A stretch of 64,000 nucleotides of DNA from the human T2T-CHM13v2.0 reference genome, Homo sapiens, in the NCBI RefSeq assembly GCF_009914755.1, contig NC_060935.1, one strand, 5' to 3'. The translations under genes were made by a program, and so were the position numbers. The notes beneath the pieces are model-generated. The model was given only the letters and a program-made list of their open reading frames with translations. It did no database searches and had not been told where the DNA came from. Of the stretch, positions 62,803 to 64,000 are shown in pieces (within the stretch, counting starts at the first letter, position 1; each line of letters starts with the position of its first letter).

Positions 62803-63320
62803 AAAGTGAAAGGTAAAACTCTAAAGCAGATGTAAGAGGTAACTTTGTGGCCTAGGGCTGGGGAAATACTTCTTCAACAAGACTCCTGAAAAATACAAAC
62901 AATAAAGTGAAAAATTGATATATCTGAGTTCATCGAAATTAACTATAAAGACGGCAGCTGTGGTGCTGGTGGCGACGCAGTTGCTGCAGGGATCGGGTTC
63001 TCGGGGCTGCCCGCGGCTAAGGTGAGCCACAGGTGAGCCAGGCCTTGGCCTGGGACTGGGGCAGCTGGAGTCTTTCCAGAGGCTCTATCTTTGGGTTCTG
63101 CAGGCTCATGTCCTCAGGCAGGCTCACCCCTGGAGACACCAGCCTCATCCCAGAGGCGATGGGGGTGCTTCCCAGCTTTGCATCTCCACCCCTGGCTCAC
63201 AGTCCCATTTGTCTCTCCTCTCCTCCTTGGCTACTGGGTACTATCCTGCCCTCACCTCTTCAGCAGAGGCCATGTCTCATCTCTCTGCCTCTGCCCCACT
63301 CTCCTTTGGCATTTTTCCCT

Positions 63321-64000
63321 TGTGTCCAGAATTTGTGGGTTCTTGGTCTCACTGACTTCAAGAATGAAGCCGGGGACCCTTGTGGTGAGTGCTACAGTTC
63401 TTAAAGTTGGTGTGTCCGGAGTTTGTTCCTTCAGATGTTCAGATGTGTCTGGAGTTTCTTCCTTCCGGTGGGTTTGTGGTCTCACTGACTTCAAGAGTGA
63501 AGCCGCGGACCCTCGTGGTGAGTGTTACAGCTCTTAAAAGCAGTGCATCTGGATTTGTTCATTCCTTCCAGTGGGTTCGTGGTGTCACTGGCTTCAGGAG
63601 TGAAGCTGCAGACCTTCATGGTGAGTGTTACAGCTCATAAAGTTAGTGCGGACCCAAAGAGTGAGCAGCAGCAAGATTTATTGCAAAGAGCGAAAGAACC
63701 AAGCTTTCATAGCATGGAAGGGGACCCGAATGGGTTGCCGCTGCTGGCTCGGGTGGCCTGCTTATATTCCCTTATCTGGCCCCACCCAAATCCTACTGAT
63801 TGGTACATTTTACAGAGAGCTGGTCCATTTTACAGAGAGCTGATTGGTCCGTTTTGACAGGGTGCTGATTGGTGCGTTTACAAACCTCTAGCTAGACACA
63901 GAGTGCTGATTGGTGCGTTTACAATCCTTTAGCTAGACACAAAAGTTCTCCAAGTCCCCACCCGACCCAGAAGCCGGCTGGTTTCACCTCTCAATGGCTC
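63321..64000 (-). mobile_element. Second LTR12 (ERV9), antisense; may continue past the window end
   Basis: Reverse complement of the LTR12 U5 repeats and gctgattgg repeats. Confidence 0.92.

Overview
Primate DNA, almost certainly human because it carries an AluYa5. The window holds the 5' part of BTBD10 on the minus strand (chr11p15, recognised from its N-terminal peptide). Exon 1 is non-coding and lies in a CpG-island promoter (~39.5-40.6 kb) with a perfect TCTCGCGAGA element. Coding exon 2 is at 21764-21921 ([10 protein letters not shown]...) and an internal alternative first coding exon is at ~16.6-17.1 kb (MPKDADLAFS...). Exon 3 lies left of the window. The introns are full of L1M, L2, MIR, Alu, LTR and hAT remnants, plus a 36-nt U2 snRNA retro-fragment with a target-site duplication (TSD). 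Upstream of the promoter (43.8-64 kb) are a decayed class I ERV (LTR-gag-pro-RT-envTM) split by an L1PA, a near full-length L1PA with an RT deletion and an LTR12 in its 3'UTR, and a second, convergent LTR12. The most notable element (54878-56503) is a complete processed pseudogene of an RFPL4B-like RING + PRY/SPRY E3 ligase with poly(A) remnant and TSD. Its 5' leader looks like an ancient L1 5'UTR spliced onto the coding exon, suggesting a fossil of an L1-promoter-driven RFPL4-family transcript. Family and subfamily calls are from recalled consensus sequences, not database searches, and repeat boundaries are approximate unless a TSD is cited.
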